Positions 35,734 through 51,557 are shown, counted from the first letter of the stretch. The stretch is DNA of 64,000 nucleotides from Lingula anatina (GCA_051362555.1 CM120649.1:7626001-7690000); one strand, 5' to 3'. Numbers and translations: made by a program. The notes: generated from the letters alone by a model not told the origin.

Positions 35734-35892
35734 CTTCGACATTTTGCATGTCGGGATTGCTAACTGACCTAATTCTATATTGAGGTCAAGAACTGAGTGC
35801 AGCATGAAGCAATGATGACTTGCTGTAAGCACGTTGTAAACTCTAAAGGTGCAAAGTCCAGGTGACGCCGGTATTCCGGTCTCATTGCTCCA
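35734..35892. promoter_or_regulatory. Bidirectional promoter shared by RNF7 and VWA8
   Basis: Divergent start codons only 160 bp apart; locally CpG-rich; YY1-like AAGATGGCGG overlaps the RNF7 ATG. Confidence 0.75.
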
Positions 35893-38800
35893 ATGTTGGG
35901 GCCTTTCGGCCGAATGTCTGCCGAGAAAGCTCTCCGAAGGGTGAAGTTTTTCAGGTCTACCATCGTTGATCAGCGTTACGCGGTGCTCCGATTCTGCAGT
36001 TGTGAGTTTTGTAACTTTTTTGATAGAACCGACGTTTTGTTGATTACTCTATATTACATCAGTAAGCAAAGTTTCATATTCTTTACGTATTGCAGTTTTG
36101 TTTGTTTGTATATTGTTGATTTTAAGAGGTGCTAAATTATGTCAGTTAACTTATATGATTCGAAATCTCAAAAGGGATTATAGTCAAAGGGTTAATTAGT
36201 GCTAGTTTTTCCAACAAGCAAGTTTACACAAAAACAAACGAATCAAAGAATAATAAATAAATAAATAAATAATAAACAAATATATCTCAAAATAGATATA
36301 GGTGCAGTTTAATCAAAATTTAAAGATAGATCAGTTCTGATATCTCTGTTGGTTTCTGATCAGTAATTGATAATGCTTATATTGATTAATAAAATTATTA
36401 TTATTGTTTTTATGTATTATTTATAATTTATGCAGCTGAGAGCAGAGTCAGTATTGGAGATGTCAGTACAGTGATAGTGAAGCCGAAAAGACCAGAACTG
36501 GTCCCAGTGAAATACTGTGAGTACTGAAAATGGCTAGTAGAGGAAAATGTGTGAATAGTCAGACATAGTGTGATAGAATTCACATTAAAATATCCATGAT
36601 GTCAAAAGACTTACGACTGTGAATAAATGATAGATAGCTGTCACCTATGTTATCTGTAAGAAAATAATCATGATCAAACGTTTTAAAAGAAAATTGACCC
36701 AAGGATATAGAGTTGACATGTTGTTTTAGTGCCTGAAGATGCCCCACAGTCTGTGATGAAACATCTGAGATGGATAATGCAAAAGGTAGTTTTGATTTTT
36801 GCATCTTTTTATTCCTCATTATAAATATCTATGGTTAATTCCAACATGTTTCTGTAAAATTTTGGATTTTTAATTTACGAAGAAAGGACTAAAACTGCCT
36901 TTATGTCAAGCAGCATGTTGCTGGATATTGATGTATTCATTATTTCCACATAAAATTTGTTGTACTCATGTATTGCCAGGACTTGCTAGGACAGGATGTG
37001 TTCCTGATAGGACCTCCAGGGCCACACAGGAGAGCTGTAGCCATGATGTACCTGGTGAGTGATAGATAGTAACCCCTCTCCTCTCCCCTGCCCCCACCCC
37101 TTTCTCTTGGCCACATAGGAGAGCGTTCACCCTTATATACCTGATTAGTGATAGCAAGTACTGCCCCCTCTCTCTCTCCTCCACCCCTACCCCCTTCCTC
37201 CTAGACTACATAGGAGAGCTGTACCTGGTGAGTGATAGAGAGTATCACTAACTCCACCCCCACTCTCTACCCTCAGCGATACAGCCACAGACAAACGTAT
37301 AGCCTTCAGGACTAGCAACTATCAAAAACAAGTCAATTCTGCTGAATGATAGAAAATATTGACATAGTATTGGTCAGGGGGTGACAGTTGCACACAGACA
37401 AATGGACATTCATGCAAATGCATCAACATGTACATTAAAGGACCATTCCCACAGATATTTGGATCGATCTACCTCCCTGGGAAGTCTCACTAAATTGCTA
37501 TAAAACTAACCAGCTTAAATGTCTGTCACGCCTAATAAAGCTGGGAGGGGGTAGCTTCATCCCTTAGCTGATTCGGTAGCCGTGACAGACATTTAAGCCT
37601 CTTGAGCTGATAGCAATTTAGCATAAACCCCCAGGGAGTTAGGTCGAGCCAGATGGATCAATCTAAGTATGGGAACCCAGTCTAAGACATTTTGAATAAG
37701 TGTTGTAAAAACCATTGTGGATGTCGACTTAGATGTAATTATTTCAGGAACTGACCAATCGTGAGTGTGAGTATGTATCTCTGTCCAGAGACACTACAGA
37801 GACGGATTTAAAACAGCGGAGGGAAATACGATCAGGAACGGCATATTACATCGACCAGGTGAGTTGTTCCTGCTGTTTCAGGATCACGTCCTGGGGACTG
37901 ATTTGCTGCTAAGATTTCTAGTCTTATTCACCATATATTTGTAACTTGGAAATTGATGTAGTTTGTCTAAATTTTACAAAACAGTTTTATCACTAAACTT
38001 TTAAATTTTCACAGCACTAAAGTACTTTTCATCCATTCCAAAATGACAACTCTGAAAATTTAGCATTCTGAACATTAAATGCTATATAGATTTTATTCCA
38101 TAGCTAGCTACTGTTGATAACTGTGTGTTAAATTTTTCTGGTTTACCAGAATAAAAACATCAAGGGACCACTGTTACGCATATTTTAATGTTAAATGCGT
38201 TTTTAGTGTGCTGTCCGTGCAGCTACAGATGGTCGTATCCTGGTATTGGAAGGGATTGAGAAGGCAGAGAGAAATGTGTTGCCTGTGTTGAACAACTTAC
38301 TGGAGAACAGAGAGATGCAACTGGACGATGGCCGCTTTCTTATGGCTGCTGACAGATATGATAAACTTCTAAAGGTTGTTAAAATGTTTGAGTAAAGCTA
38401 TAAAATCTCACATAACATTTTCTACACATGCCAATCTTGTCATGTAAGGACACAAGTAATTTAAAAAGATCTAATCGTTTGCTTGAAAATGTGAAAACCT
38501 GATGAGTTTTAAGATGCAGATTCAATCTGAAATTTTAGCCTTCATAGAAAATATTCACTCTGAAACAGGATTATTCTTCTATCAGTACGCAACCTATTTT
38601 TGGCATGTTGACAAATTCTGCTTCCTGATGTAACAATAAAAAATTGTTCTCTTCATCAGGAGCACACACAAGAGGAGCTGGATGATTGGAAACTGGTCCG
38701 TGTTGACGAGCGATTTCGCGTCATAGCCCTAGGACTTCCAGTGCCTCGGTACCAAGGCAACCCACTAGATCCTCCACTTCGGTCACGCTTCCAGGCCCGC

Positions 38801-41800
38801 GATGTCCACCCCCTTCCCTTCAGTGAGCAGTTGGAGTCCCTGGGGGTGGCAGGAGGAGAGGTACCCCAGGAGAGGTATACAGTGAAGATAGCATTAGTGT
38901 GGTGGTTGGTTGTTGAAATACCTAAAATTTTTCATAGAAGCAACTTAGACAGTGACATTTTTATTGCTAAATTTAACAGGGATAACATTTTTCAGACTAT
39001 TGGCAGATTTCTGACTTTTTGGGAGCCAAAATTACGATTCGCCTAGGCAGCCCCCTGGACCCTATGCCATATTATTAGACTTTTCTGGGGTAGCGCTAGC
39101 AATTTTTTTTAGCTTAGCGAAATCATCAATATTTTGACAAATTGTTATGCAAATGGTGTTGATTTAACTAAAATGAGTCAAATCAAGCCCTTTTTGTTTA
39201 GCCAAATTTAAGACAGTTTTAGCAATTGGCTAAATTGGCGAGTGTTAGCTCTACCCCAGGTTTTTCTCTAAACTGCAGTCTGATTCCCACTAATATTTCA
39301 GGATAAACTTAAAAGTTATTAAAACATGTATTTACATGATTTCAGGATCTCTCAGGTTTTAGGATTTGCCAGTACAATGACCAGCAGTGAATCCAGCTCT
39401 CTTGGTCTCCCAGACTTCCCAATGTCCAGTCTGGACGGCGTGATACACATACTGGTCAGTAATTATAAGGACAGGCTGTGTCACTGGTCCTAGTCTGTGC
39501 TTTAACAGTATTCGGTCAACTGGTCACTTGCACTTGTTGACCCTGGTCATGAGTTGTGTACAAATAGAAAGACTGTATGTGATAAATATGATATGATATG
39601 AGCTGCTGAGGTGAATGTGAGATATTACAATAGTTAAATACATTGTCTTGCCACATTGTTCTCATTAAGGTAGGGAATTAACTCCAAAAGTGTGTATTTA
39701 AAGTGCAATTTTCACACTGTATTTGACATCAGTTTTTGCTCATGTAAAAGATTGTAAATTACAATATGAATATGAAGACAATGAGTGAATAAATACTGTA
39801 ACTGTTAATATGCTGTTTTTCAGAATGCCATGCCATCCAGTTCCTTACATAACTTAGTCAGCAGACTGTACCCGTATGAAGTGATGTTAGGAAAAGAGGG
39901 GAGGACTGCAGTTGCGGATACTTTCAAGGTAGAGCACATGTATGTGTGATTGTGTGTGTATGTGTGTTTGTGCACAAAGGTGTGCATAGGCATATGTGCC
40001 TGTGTGTGTTGATTTTTACTGCTGAAAGTGTGTGTGGAGAGAGAAAGTACTTCTAAATGATTAAATTTTAATGTTCTTGGTATGATTTAAATGAATTGTA
40101 ATTAAAGGTATGTCTTCTTTGATTTATTAGCTCTTTAAGATTAGAAACATTAGTAGCTGATAATTTGATAAATATAAAACTTTGTGTTTAAAAAGGGTAC
40201 CGCTGTTGGATTAAAGCTAGAAAAAAATACTTTATCATCCTTAAAAGCTAAAGGCCTAGATTTGCTTGGTATAAATCTAAAAAGTTTATGAGCAGGTGGG
40301 AAATGTGTTGAACAGGTCATTGTGTCTAGCCCCTCCCTTCAGCTGTCACGGTGTGCCTGACCCCTCCCTCCAGCTGTCACTATTTGCCTAACCCCTCCCT
40401 CCAGCTATCACTGTGTGTCTAGCCCCTCCCTCCAGCTGTCACTATTGGCCTAGCCCCTCCCTACAGCTATCACTGTGTGTCTAGCCCCTCCCTCCAGCTG
40501 TCACTATTGGCCTAACCCCTCCCTCCAGCTATCACTGTGTGTCTAGCCCCTCCCTCCAGCTGTCACTATTGGCCTAGCCCCTCCCTACAGCTATCACTAT
40601 TTGCCTAGCCCCTCCCAACACCTTTCACTTTGTGATTTCAGAGGTTTAATATACAGCTGCGCCAGAGTGATGTCAACCATGTCAGCAAGGTTACCCTCCA
40701 TAACAACAACGCAGAGGCCCAAATCAGTGCAGGGGGTGTCAAATATAACATACAGGTAAGCAGGGGTTTCCCAAAATTTGGGGTACAGGGAGTCCAAACT
40801 GTTTATCTGTTATTTGGTTGCCCATTTACAGGGAGCCCAACCAAGTCCCAACAGTAGACTGTGAGTGGGGGTTGGGGGGGGGGGGGGAGTAAATATGTCA
40901 CCTAGGACAGACAGGTAAGCATATCACCTGTAATGTAATTCATTTATGTAGTTATAATTTAAGTTGTCATGTAAAATTTACTTGGAAATGAGTGTGTCAC
41001 ATGGAAAATGAAAAATCCACAAATTGCAGAATGTGCAAAGTATAATTTAGGTATTTGAGTATAACAGAAGCATTTTAAGGTATATTTACAGAAATACACT
41101 GTGACTTCTTGTTTTAATTCTCCTTTAGGTTCCCAAGGGCTACAAGACAGAGCAGCATGTCAGTGATCACTTCATCCAGACCCCGTACCACGACTCCCTG
41201 CTGGCAGACATGCTGCAGTCACACATGGTGAAGGACTTCTGTGTCATAGGACCAAAGGTGAGAAAGATGGATACATCCCATTGTACCATGTAATATAAAT
41301 CACCATGATAAGCTTAAGACACTTAAGGTGAGACCATTTTTGAGAGCAGTTTGATGTCATGCCTGTAATCAGGCCCACCCAACTATAAGGACCCTGAATT
41401 AACAGGTATATCGGACCACACTACCCATTGTCAAGGTGTGTGTCAAATCCCATTTGGGAGTATCAGTCAGAACATCGACAGGATGAACCCACAGTTGTCC
41501 TACAAAAATTGTTCTGGAGTCTGGTAGTTGGGAAGGCCTGGTAATACTACTACTGTGATGTCATCCCTGTAATACTACTACTACTACTACTATCTATTAA
41601 TAACTGCTATATGTCAATGTCTGCACCACATTAGATGGGATGTCTATAAAACATGAAGTTTTTCTTATATTTCAGGGGTGTGGAAAGAGTGCGCTGGTCA
41701 AGCAGTTTGGAGATCTCTTAGGTTACCATGTAGAACCTATCATGTTATATCAGGTATTTTATCCGACAGATACTTAATGTTATTTTGTAAAATTTAGGAT

Positions 41801-44800
41801 ATTAGCTTTAGGCTGGATTATGATGATAACAGTGAAAATGATAATAGTAATTATTATTGATAATGTAAGTGCTTTTATTTATTAATGTCATGATATAGTT
41901 ATTTATTTCTTACAACTCAAAGCAGTTAGATATTACAGTACAGTTTCTGTTAAAGACAACAATTGACACAATGAGAGATGTTTGTCAATTGTTCAACTCT
42001 TCCAATTTCTGTTACTTTCACACAGGATATGACCTCACGTGACCTACTTCAGCAGAGGACCACACTGACCAATGGGGACACAGTGTGGCGACCTTCACCT
42101 CTGGTGGAGGCGGCACTGGGAGGGCAGCTAGCGGTACTGGACGGAGTTCACAGAATTAATCCAGGGACGTTTGCTGTATTACATAGGTAAGTACAGGGTG
42201 GAATAATGTTGTGATTTTACGAGTTTCTCATTTTGCATCATGAGAGATACTTGAAAATTTCATCACTTAAAAATTATTTATTATGTGAAAATGCCTGACA
42301 TGGCCATATATTAGATGAAGATCTTTTCAAAATTTTTCCGGAGGCCCATTTTTCGAGTTTAACAGAATTTTCTAAGTGAAAAAAATGATGCCAGCAGAGA
42401 ATCGTCTTCTGAACAAATTTGTACTGTATATATACTGATATCGAAGGACAGTATATTATGACTATCTTAAAAATGCAGTAGGTGCTCACACTGTAATGTA
42501 ATATAATAGGATTGATCTCTGCACTCGGCCGGCTGATAGGACTCAGTATATGGAAGTAGAGATATCAGTGTGACAGGTTTCTATAATGGTTACTACAAAA
42601 TAGACAACTGCTGGTCAAATAGTGTTTATAAAGCACATTAGTCAGTTATTACTTCCACAGTTTTTAAAATTTTTATATTTGTTTGAAGATTGGTCCATGA
42701 CAGAGAGCTGAGCCTGTTCGATGGCACCAGACTCCTGCGCCAGGACAGGTATGACCAGGTCAAGAATACCACGGGGATGACCGATGACCAGATGGCAGAG
42801 AAGTAAGTGGATATCAGATTAGGGATGATATTTTTACTAACTATTGTCAGATAAAATATCACTGGCACAGGTGGGCCCCAGGACCCCACACCCTATTATA
42901 AAAGGCAATCTCATTGCTGTCAGAGTATTGTAATTATAATGGTAATAAGAGACCAGCATATTATGAATATATTTAGATTCCGATTTTGTCATGTGTTTCT
43001 GTAATATTCATTTATTGGAGTTAACTCTGTGTAATATCTTACATTTATTCTTGTTGTCTGCTTTGTCTACAAGAATTATAATGTAATTATTGGTGAATAA
43101 ATGAGGCTGTTCTACTCCTATTTTGACTGGTTAATAATTTGTTTGTCTTTTCTATTGCATTGTTTCTGTTGCATTTGTAATGTAATTGTCAGACAGTTAT
43201 TGTCTCCTTTTGTCCTTTTCAGGGCCATCTTTCCTATCCACCCAGCCTTCAGGATAGCCGCCCTGGCTGAGCCTCCTCCAGTGGGCAGTTCCACTGGTCA
43301 GTGGCTGGGGTCCGAGTTACTGACCATGTTCCTATACCACCACATGAGGGCACTGACGGCAGCAGAAGAGACCCTGCTTATTAAGAAGATAGTAAGTCAC
43401 AGTTCCTTTTCAGTGCACTACTGTGACCTGTGATGTATATTTGGTAACATTTTGCATATCTTTGTTTCTCTCCCTTTCATGCAGGCTGATTTAGTCTTGT
43501 TTCAAGAAGAATGCAAACTTTTCTAGAGCAATGCTAAATATTTGACTCTGTTTTACGTTTGTCATTTACATGAATTTGCCTGAAGCTCAATATTGAGCAG
43601 TGAAACCATTTACTTGTCAGTTTTACAGGCTTAAAATAAGCTTCAGGCCAAATGTGCTTAAATAATAAAGTTATTATGAGTTTTTGATAAAAAATTACAG
43701 GGGTATTTGAACAAGACTGTAGCTTGCCTTTGGTTATCACATGGAGTACCCTGTAGAGATACATGGTGCCAAACATTTATTAAATTCGCCAAATTCTGAC
43801 CCTGATTATTGCCTTATTTCTAATAATTAACAAAATATACTTTTCTGTCCTGTAGGTGCCTCATGCTCCAGACATGACACCTCTGCTCAACCTTACACAC
43901 CACCTCAGGAGCAGCACAGACGCCACAGTAAGTAACAGGAACATAGAGGGCGCTAGAAACCAAGAGATGATTTTTTACTTCTGTTGCACTTATTTAAAAT
44001 CTTTCACAAACTTAATTGTAAGAAATATTCTACAGCCTTTGCCCAGCTCAACTTACCTCTGTATATAACTGTCAGACAAGACTGCCTGGAAGATTGAAAT
44101 GTTAATTGGCTCTCAAAAAGTACATAGTTAATGTGACATTTCCTCCTCAGATGCAGTCTTTGTCCTCCTCCCTATCTACAAGGCAGCTGTTGCGGATAGC
44201 GCGGAGACAAGCACAGTTCCCCACTGGCTGTTTATATGATGCTGTACAGAAGGCCTGTCTAGCAAGGTCAGTGAATGTGAGATACTTGATGGACTCATGC
44301 TCATATTTTAAAATCTATCTGCAATTTAATTTCTGTACATTTATTAAATATCTGGAGTATGTGAAAGATTACATAGTTTTCTTATTTCTTAAAATCCTAC
44401 AAAAAATTTATAGAAATTGTCAGATTGAGTGTCAATCCACAAGCATGAAATATTTGGCAAAAACTTCTAGAACCAGATATCTTAAGGAATATCTTTTGCA
44501 ACTCTATTCTGTATATGTGTATAGTTACTGTAGTAATTTATGTTATTTTATGACCAGATTTCTCCCACGGCTGGCAAAGAACGCACTAGAGCAGGCTTTA
44601 GAGCAGTTTGGCATTGTTCCCATGGAAACCAGTCATAGCGTAGACAGCATCGAGAGGGCTGTCACATGTAAGTGGATGCTATCATGAATGTGCACTCATG
44701 CGTCCATGAGTACGAACAACACAAGCATGCATAAGAACACATGCCCTTGGTTGAAAATACCTAACAGGGTATAATTCTGTCGCATTTCAGTACACCTCAC

Positions 44801-47800
44801 TCTCACACACACACAAACACACACACACACGTATGTGCACACATACACATAGCTTTGAAGTATCTACATCCTTCTATTGCAGGTGAAATCAAGGAGGGAA
44901 TGTTGAGGATAGGAGAGACAGAGGCAGAAGTGTTCAACCCAGAGAATAAGATGAAGGTGCCAGATGTGCTGTTCTATGAGAATGCTCAGGTATAGGAAGC
45001 TTTGGCACACCTAACATATTTAGCACATTGACTTTTAAATACTTTTGAAGTGTCCAAGGTTATGACTTTAAAAATTCCCCTGTATATAAATGCTTTTATG
45101 ACATTAAGGTTCTGATTTTATTTAGGATGCCATTAATATATGTGGATGTTACATCTGTCATGAAAACCATGTTATGAGCCTATATGTTATCTTTAATTTA
45201 TGATAATGTTATGTCTCCAGCACCTGTCAATCATGGAGGCCATGTTACAAGACTACCTACTAGGAGAGCACCTGTTGCTGGTGGGAAACCAAGGTGTGGG
45301 GAAGAATAAGATAGTGGACAGGTTCCTCCATCTTCTGAACAAACCCAGGGAATACCTCCAGTTGCATAGGTATGGTTCAAAATGAAAATGTTTGTCTTTG
45401 GGGTCAAGTGGACTGTTTGTTATATTTGCTTTGGACTCGGACCCAACTACTAAGTACAATTACTTACAAAATGATGCCTGAGACAGCTTATTACTATAAG
45501 AAGTGATCAACAAATACTATTTAATTGTAAGAAATGACAATGAGTAATTTGAGCAGGTATCATTTGGTTGAATGTGGTCCAAAGTGAACTGCTTATTACA
45601 TAAACATTTGGGAAGGTCTGATTACAGAACCAATGTAGTAGTGATTTGTTTCTAATTACTTTATTACTTTTCAAAGTGATCAATAAGTCAAATTTTCAAA
45701 AAGATGTAACATGAAATATGAGTAAATACAATATATACTAAATCTTTGAAAATAAATGGTCACTGAATCATTTAAACCTGGATATAGAAATTTGACTGCT
45801 GAAAATGTTGGTCTCATTATGGCTGTATTGTGTGTTGCCAGGGACACCACTGTCCAGACACTGACCCTCCAGCCCACGGTCCGAGATGGGGTCATCATAT
45901 ACGAGGACTCCCCATTGGTCAGAGCAGCCAAACACGGTCACATTCTGGTGGTGGACGAGGCAGACAAGGCGCCCACACATGTGACCTGTATCCTGAAGAC
46001 ACTGGTGGAGTCTGGGGAGATGCATCTTGCTGACGGGAGGAGAATTGTCAGTGGTATGTGGCATATTTTATGCTCTCAATTTCTTCTTAATTCTTACTGT
46101 AACTTTTATCGTAGGAATTCCTCTTCTTTCAGATATAAGGGACCATTCAGAAGGAATTATGTCGACCTAGCTAATACACTAACTACATTCTGTCTCTCGT
46201 GGACTCTCGCTGAATGCAATTAGATGAACAGAACAAGTGTTGAGTAGAATAAGGAAAAGCTGTTGATTATACATGTACATTGGTAACAAAAGGAGCCATG
46301 TTAGCCTGTTAATCTGATTGCATTCAGCAAGAGTGTTCATTAGCTAAGTCGACAAAATTCATTCTCAACAGCCCCTGAGTCACAAGCAGTTATATTTCTG
46401 ATGTGTATACAATGTTAATATGTTATTGAATAGACACATTGCTCCTATTTTTATTTCATTTTATGGGTTGAAGTTTTCTCTGTTATACAGCTGACTCAGG
46501 GCTGCCACCATCAGACAACTTGATAGTCATCCATCCAAACTTCAGGATGATGGTACTTGCCAACAGACCAGGCTTTCCTTTCCTGGGAAATGACTTCTTT
46601 GGTGCTATGGGTGAGTAGATGTGTGTTTGGTGCTATGTAGGAGTAGCTCTTCAATTTGAGTTTATTTTAAGGTATCTGTCCTCTCATTTCTTTCACTTAA
46701 ATATATCATCATCTTCTTCTTCTTCGGGACCAACAAGTTTTACTGTAAGACATAGGCATCGAAATGCTTTTTCCAGTGTATTCAGTTTATGACTTCCAAT
46801 TTGTCTTTTTTTCCCTTTACTTGTCTCACTAATCCTTTCACCTTTTCCAAGGCTTTCCTTGTTTTCTATGTCCATATCTTGGTGACCATTCTGTCAGCCC
46901 TGCTTATTGTCCATCTGTCATATTTTATTTCCGAAAATATTTAATACATATTTATCAGGTTGTAACAGCTAGGAAACAGGAGGGGCTAATGCGAAACTTA
47001 TGCTATTTCAGGTGATATATTCAGTTGCCATGGAGTCCACAATCCTGACATGGAGTCAGAGATGTCCATGTTGCGCCAGTACGGACCAGCGGTGCCTGAC
47101 ACCATTTTGAAGAAACTGGTCCTAGCATTTGGTGAACTGCGGAGTCAGGCAGACCAGGGCCTAATAGCTTATCCTTACTCTACCAGAGAGGTGGTGAACA
47201 TTGTCAAACATCTGCAGGTGAGACTTTGTCATACATAGCTGACTCTTACTCTACCAGAGAGGTGGTGCACATTGTTAAACATCTACAGGTGAGAGTACAT
47301 ACGTAGCTTAGCTATACTATACCAGAGATGTGGTGAACGTTGTTGGTGAACATTGTTTGATTTGTTTTGTTCTCTTTTAACAGAAAGAAATATGAGTTTT
47401 ATTGGACAAAAGGTTTTTATAGAGAAATTATAGGAAAATAACATTCTTATTTAGTTAAACTTGCTAATATATGCGTAGACAACTTCAAGAAAAAGACAAG
47501 AAAAACTTAATTGCACCTGTACTCTGTGTTTTGTTAGACCAGAGTAAGTCAAACTTTGACACAAATCAAAGATTTAAAATGCATTTGCCAATCTGTCTTC
47601 TTACTTTTCAAAGAGTACCAGTTTATATATTGTTTTAAAACTGTGCACAGGAATTAATGACTGTAAAACATCATCTTCCAGAAATTCCCAGATGAGGGTG
47701 TAGCCAGCGTGGTGAGGAACGTCTTTGACTTTGACTCCTACAACCCCGAGATGAAGGAGACCATTGTGGAGACGCTGCACAAACATGGCATCCCAGTGGG

Positions 47801-50800
47801 TGCGCGTCCGGGAAATGTCAACCTGGCCAAAGAGTAAGAACTCTATGAAATGTGCTGCGTTTTGACTGTTTGTTTAGGGTCCAAATGGCAGACAAGATGG
47901 TATCACTTCACTCACCAGGGATGTAGATCTTTGATATGTAATGGAGGCCTTCTGTTATCTCGGGTCCTCAGGGTCTTGGCCAGCAGTTGCAAAAAAAAAA
48001 GGGGGGGGGGGTCCTTTTTCTGAAAAAGTGGACCTTTGATCAATCACATGAAACATTTGTGTTACCTAGAACAAATTCTACCCAGAACTGACCTTAATGC
48101 ACAAAAAGGGCAGTTCTTTCCAACCTCTAACTGGCTACATGCCTGACCCGTGTGTCATCACACATCTTTATCTCTGGTGATTTGACAGAAGTCATCTAGA
48201 AACAGAGATGATTGACTTTTGATACACAGACACTGTATTAACAAACCTGGGAAATTGAGGACCAACTTTGTCCAAGACCTCCATCTTCTATTGTAACTGT
48301 TCAAGTAAATATGGTAACCATAATTTCTGGATGAAAGACTCACACACAATACTACACACTATATGAGCTCTTATTTTAATGGAAATGATAAGTTTTTATG
48401 AAGAAAAACTTATTAATTGACTATTATAAAACTAAAGCTTGTCTGGGTCCAGGAACTGTACATTGAAAATACATAAGTTGTTTTTAGCAAATGGACAGTA
48501 ATACTTTTTTATCAGAAAATGCTTTTTTAAGTCCATCAATTTTCCTGTCACACACAATGAAATAAGTGAAATAGAGTAAATAGTGCATGATATATAATTA
48601 AAGGTCTTCCTCTACAGTGTAACAAGGGTTAGAATAGTCAGCAGTAATATTTATAATGTGTGAATATTTTAAATTAAAATGTGTGTTTTAATTAAAGTAC
48701 TGTGAGACTGTCTGTGTGAAACCAGTGTGCTCTTGGTGCACGGATTTTGTATAAATGAATTATTTATTGATATCAATAAAGCCTTATCTCAAAGTAAAAC
48801 AAGTGTTATGTTTTCTTATAGTTTTCCTCTGCCGCAGTTTGAGCTGGCGGCCAGCTGGAAGGTTGCATTCAAAGGGACCAGGAAGGGAAGCGGGCTGATG
48901 AGTTTACCCGTCAGTGCTAAGCCTCTCTCTGTTAAGGTAAGATTACCCCCCCTCCCCCCGAGCCTCCTTTTTACATGTGAAGAAGAGATGTGCATTCAAG
49001 GTGTAAAAATTATAAGTAATGAAAATATATTAAGGCATTACTAAAAATCTGAATCTATCCCATTTCCCATGTCACTTCAGTATATATCGGGCTGTTTGTC
49101 TTATGAAGGCCTTTTGGGAAAACTAAATGGCAATAAATCCTCCATGAAGCAAACTTTAATCCATTTTTGATACTTTTCATTTCTTGTTTATTTTATTAAA
49201 TTAAAATTCATATCACAATATCCCATTGCATTTTGCAGACCAGTTTTGAAATTTTGGTCAAATTCATTTTTGTTTCTTACAACCATAAGCATGGACTTGA
49301 ATTTTAAAGTTTTTTTTTTTGCTTGATATTAAGATAAGATATAGACATTTTTTTTTATGACAGAATGATTATCAGTCTGACAAGTAGTTGTCATATATAT
49401 CTTTGATATTTAAACAGTGTATGTATGATAATCTTTAAACAGTTTCTGTATTTTATTCTCTTGAAGAAGAAAATGTTATAGAATTTTTATTTCCTGTAAG
49501 TAAAAGACCAAATAAAGAATAAAAAACTGCTTCTGGTCTAATAAACTGAACTTGGAGCAAAGTAGCTATCACATTACAGGGTCCTGTAAGGTTCAACATT
49601 CTTTCCCACTGCCAAAATAGAAAAGAGACTAGGTGCAGTCATCGATCAAAGTTTAAGGCACATTTCAGGGTCCTGTAAGGTTCAACATACAGTCCCACCT
49701 CCTAGATAAAGTAGAGACTCGGTCCAGTCATTTCAGTGAGCAGTCGGTGTACTGGCAGCTCCCTCTACAGGAGGCTAACATAGTGGCAGATGTTGCAGTT
49801 ACAAAAGGTAAAAATTAATACAAAGTTGGCTGTTTATGTGTAATCCAACTATGTAAATGGAATCCTTCTGTCATCCTTTGTTCTTGTTTTTTGTGTTTTT
49901 ATCAGTGCAATAGTTTTCTAGTAGAAAGTCATGCTCTAGTGGTACTGAAAACTTTTGCACTACCTATATTTTGTATTATTTTCCAATACTGGGCAAGACG
50001 GGCTGCAAACACATGCTTTTCATCTGATGTGTAGATATCTTTAAGAGTGCAGAGAATGTTAAAAACCTGTCTTTCATTCTTGCAACTTTTTTTTTTTTTT
50101 GACACCATAGTTGTGTCATTTTATCACAGTTTAAGATAGTACATTTCAAGTTGAAACATACGCAAAAAACATCTAACAAAGATAATCAATTGTGATAATA
50201 ATTGTGAAAAGCTGTCACCATATAGGCATTTGAGGTATGAAACAAATTCCTATAATTCAGTCCTGGCTGTACTTGTGTACAAATCAGTATTACACATGCA
50301 GATATTAAGTTTCCATTCAAAAGCTGAGAGTCCTGTAGAGATCTACATTGTTTACATAACCTGTCAATTATTTAAGGTGGAGTCCGTGATAGAAGGCAAC
50401 AAGAGGATGTCATCCACATTGCCACAGCACGTCCCATCAAACTGTACACCATGAAACCCTCCAGCAGGTACATCAGCTGTGTAGACCTGTACGACCTGTT
50501 CCCCACCACACGGGGCATGTACACCCCCAGGGTCAGGGTGGCCCCCCTGGGGGCGTCACTCTATGATACTGTGATACTGCATGAAGAGAAGGTAAGCTGA
50601 ACAGAGATTTACAACCTTAAAGTGAAGGTCTCCCTTTTCTTTGTGGAGTCCATCACATTCATATTCTTTAGGTTTATAAGGAGAGAATATTACCCCAGAG
50701 AAATGGCAGCCCCTCCTTCCACATGCACCACCCCCACCCCCTCAATTACACCCCCCTCATGCCCCAGGGTGACATGATGTCATGATGTTACATGGTAAAA

Positions 50801-51490
50801 GAAATTACATAAAGGGATTGAGCATTTTATGAGGGCTTCACCAAAACTGTCACCACGGTTATAAAAGTCTATGGTGAAAACTTAAGAATTTCGTCACTTA
50901 AAATTAAATAATGCTTGAATCTGAGTTGTCCATTTTCAAGTTTGATGAAATTTTCAAAGTCAAAAAATTTACATTTGCAGAGAATCTTCTTTTGACAAAA
51001 TTTCCAAGACTGACTAAATTTTCAAGTTTTTACCATAGCCTCTAAATCCTTTCTCAAGGCCAGAATACATGTAGTAATTCTTTCAGTTATAACACAATCT
51101 GCTGTCTCACCTGACACAATCTGCTGTCTCACCTGACACAATCTGCCATCTCATGAGAACAATGAACACGATGTCCATATTTCCATTCTTCCAGAGCAAT
51201 GTATTACTGAGCGTCAACACAGAGACGGGAGATGTGATGCGTCTGGCCATGGACTCCCTGCTGGAGACGGCAAGCCATAAACTGTTTGGTCGCTCTGAAC
51301 AGGTGAATTAATAGAATAGATTCACTGCTGGAGACGGAGACAGCAAGTCAAACTGTTTAAATGCTTATCACAGGTGAAATAATAAGAATGATGATGGATA
51401 GAGAAAGAACCTTCAAATAATGGAATGATGTTTTTTTTTTTGGGTTCTTAAAGCCATTTTGTCCACAGCAGTTGATCTGTATTATTTCTT

Positions 51491-51557
<67 letters not shown>

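Noticed and set aside
47969-48146. hAT-like MITE remnant (CAGGGTCTTGGCCAG...CTGGCTACATGCCTG); similar weak case at 39085-39259
   Set aside because: TIRs short and degenerate and no TSD found; too weak to list as features.
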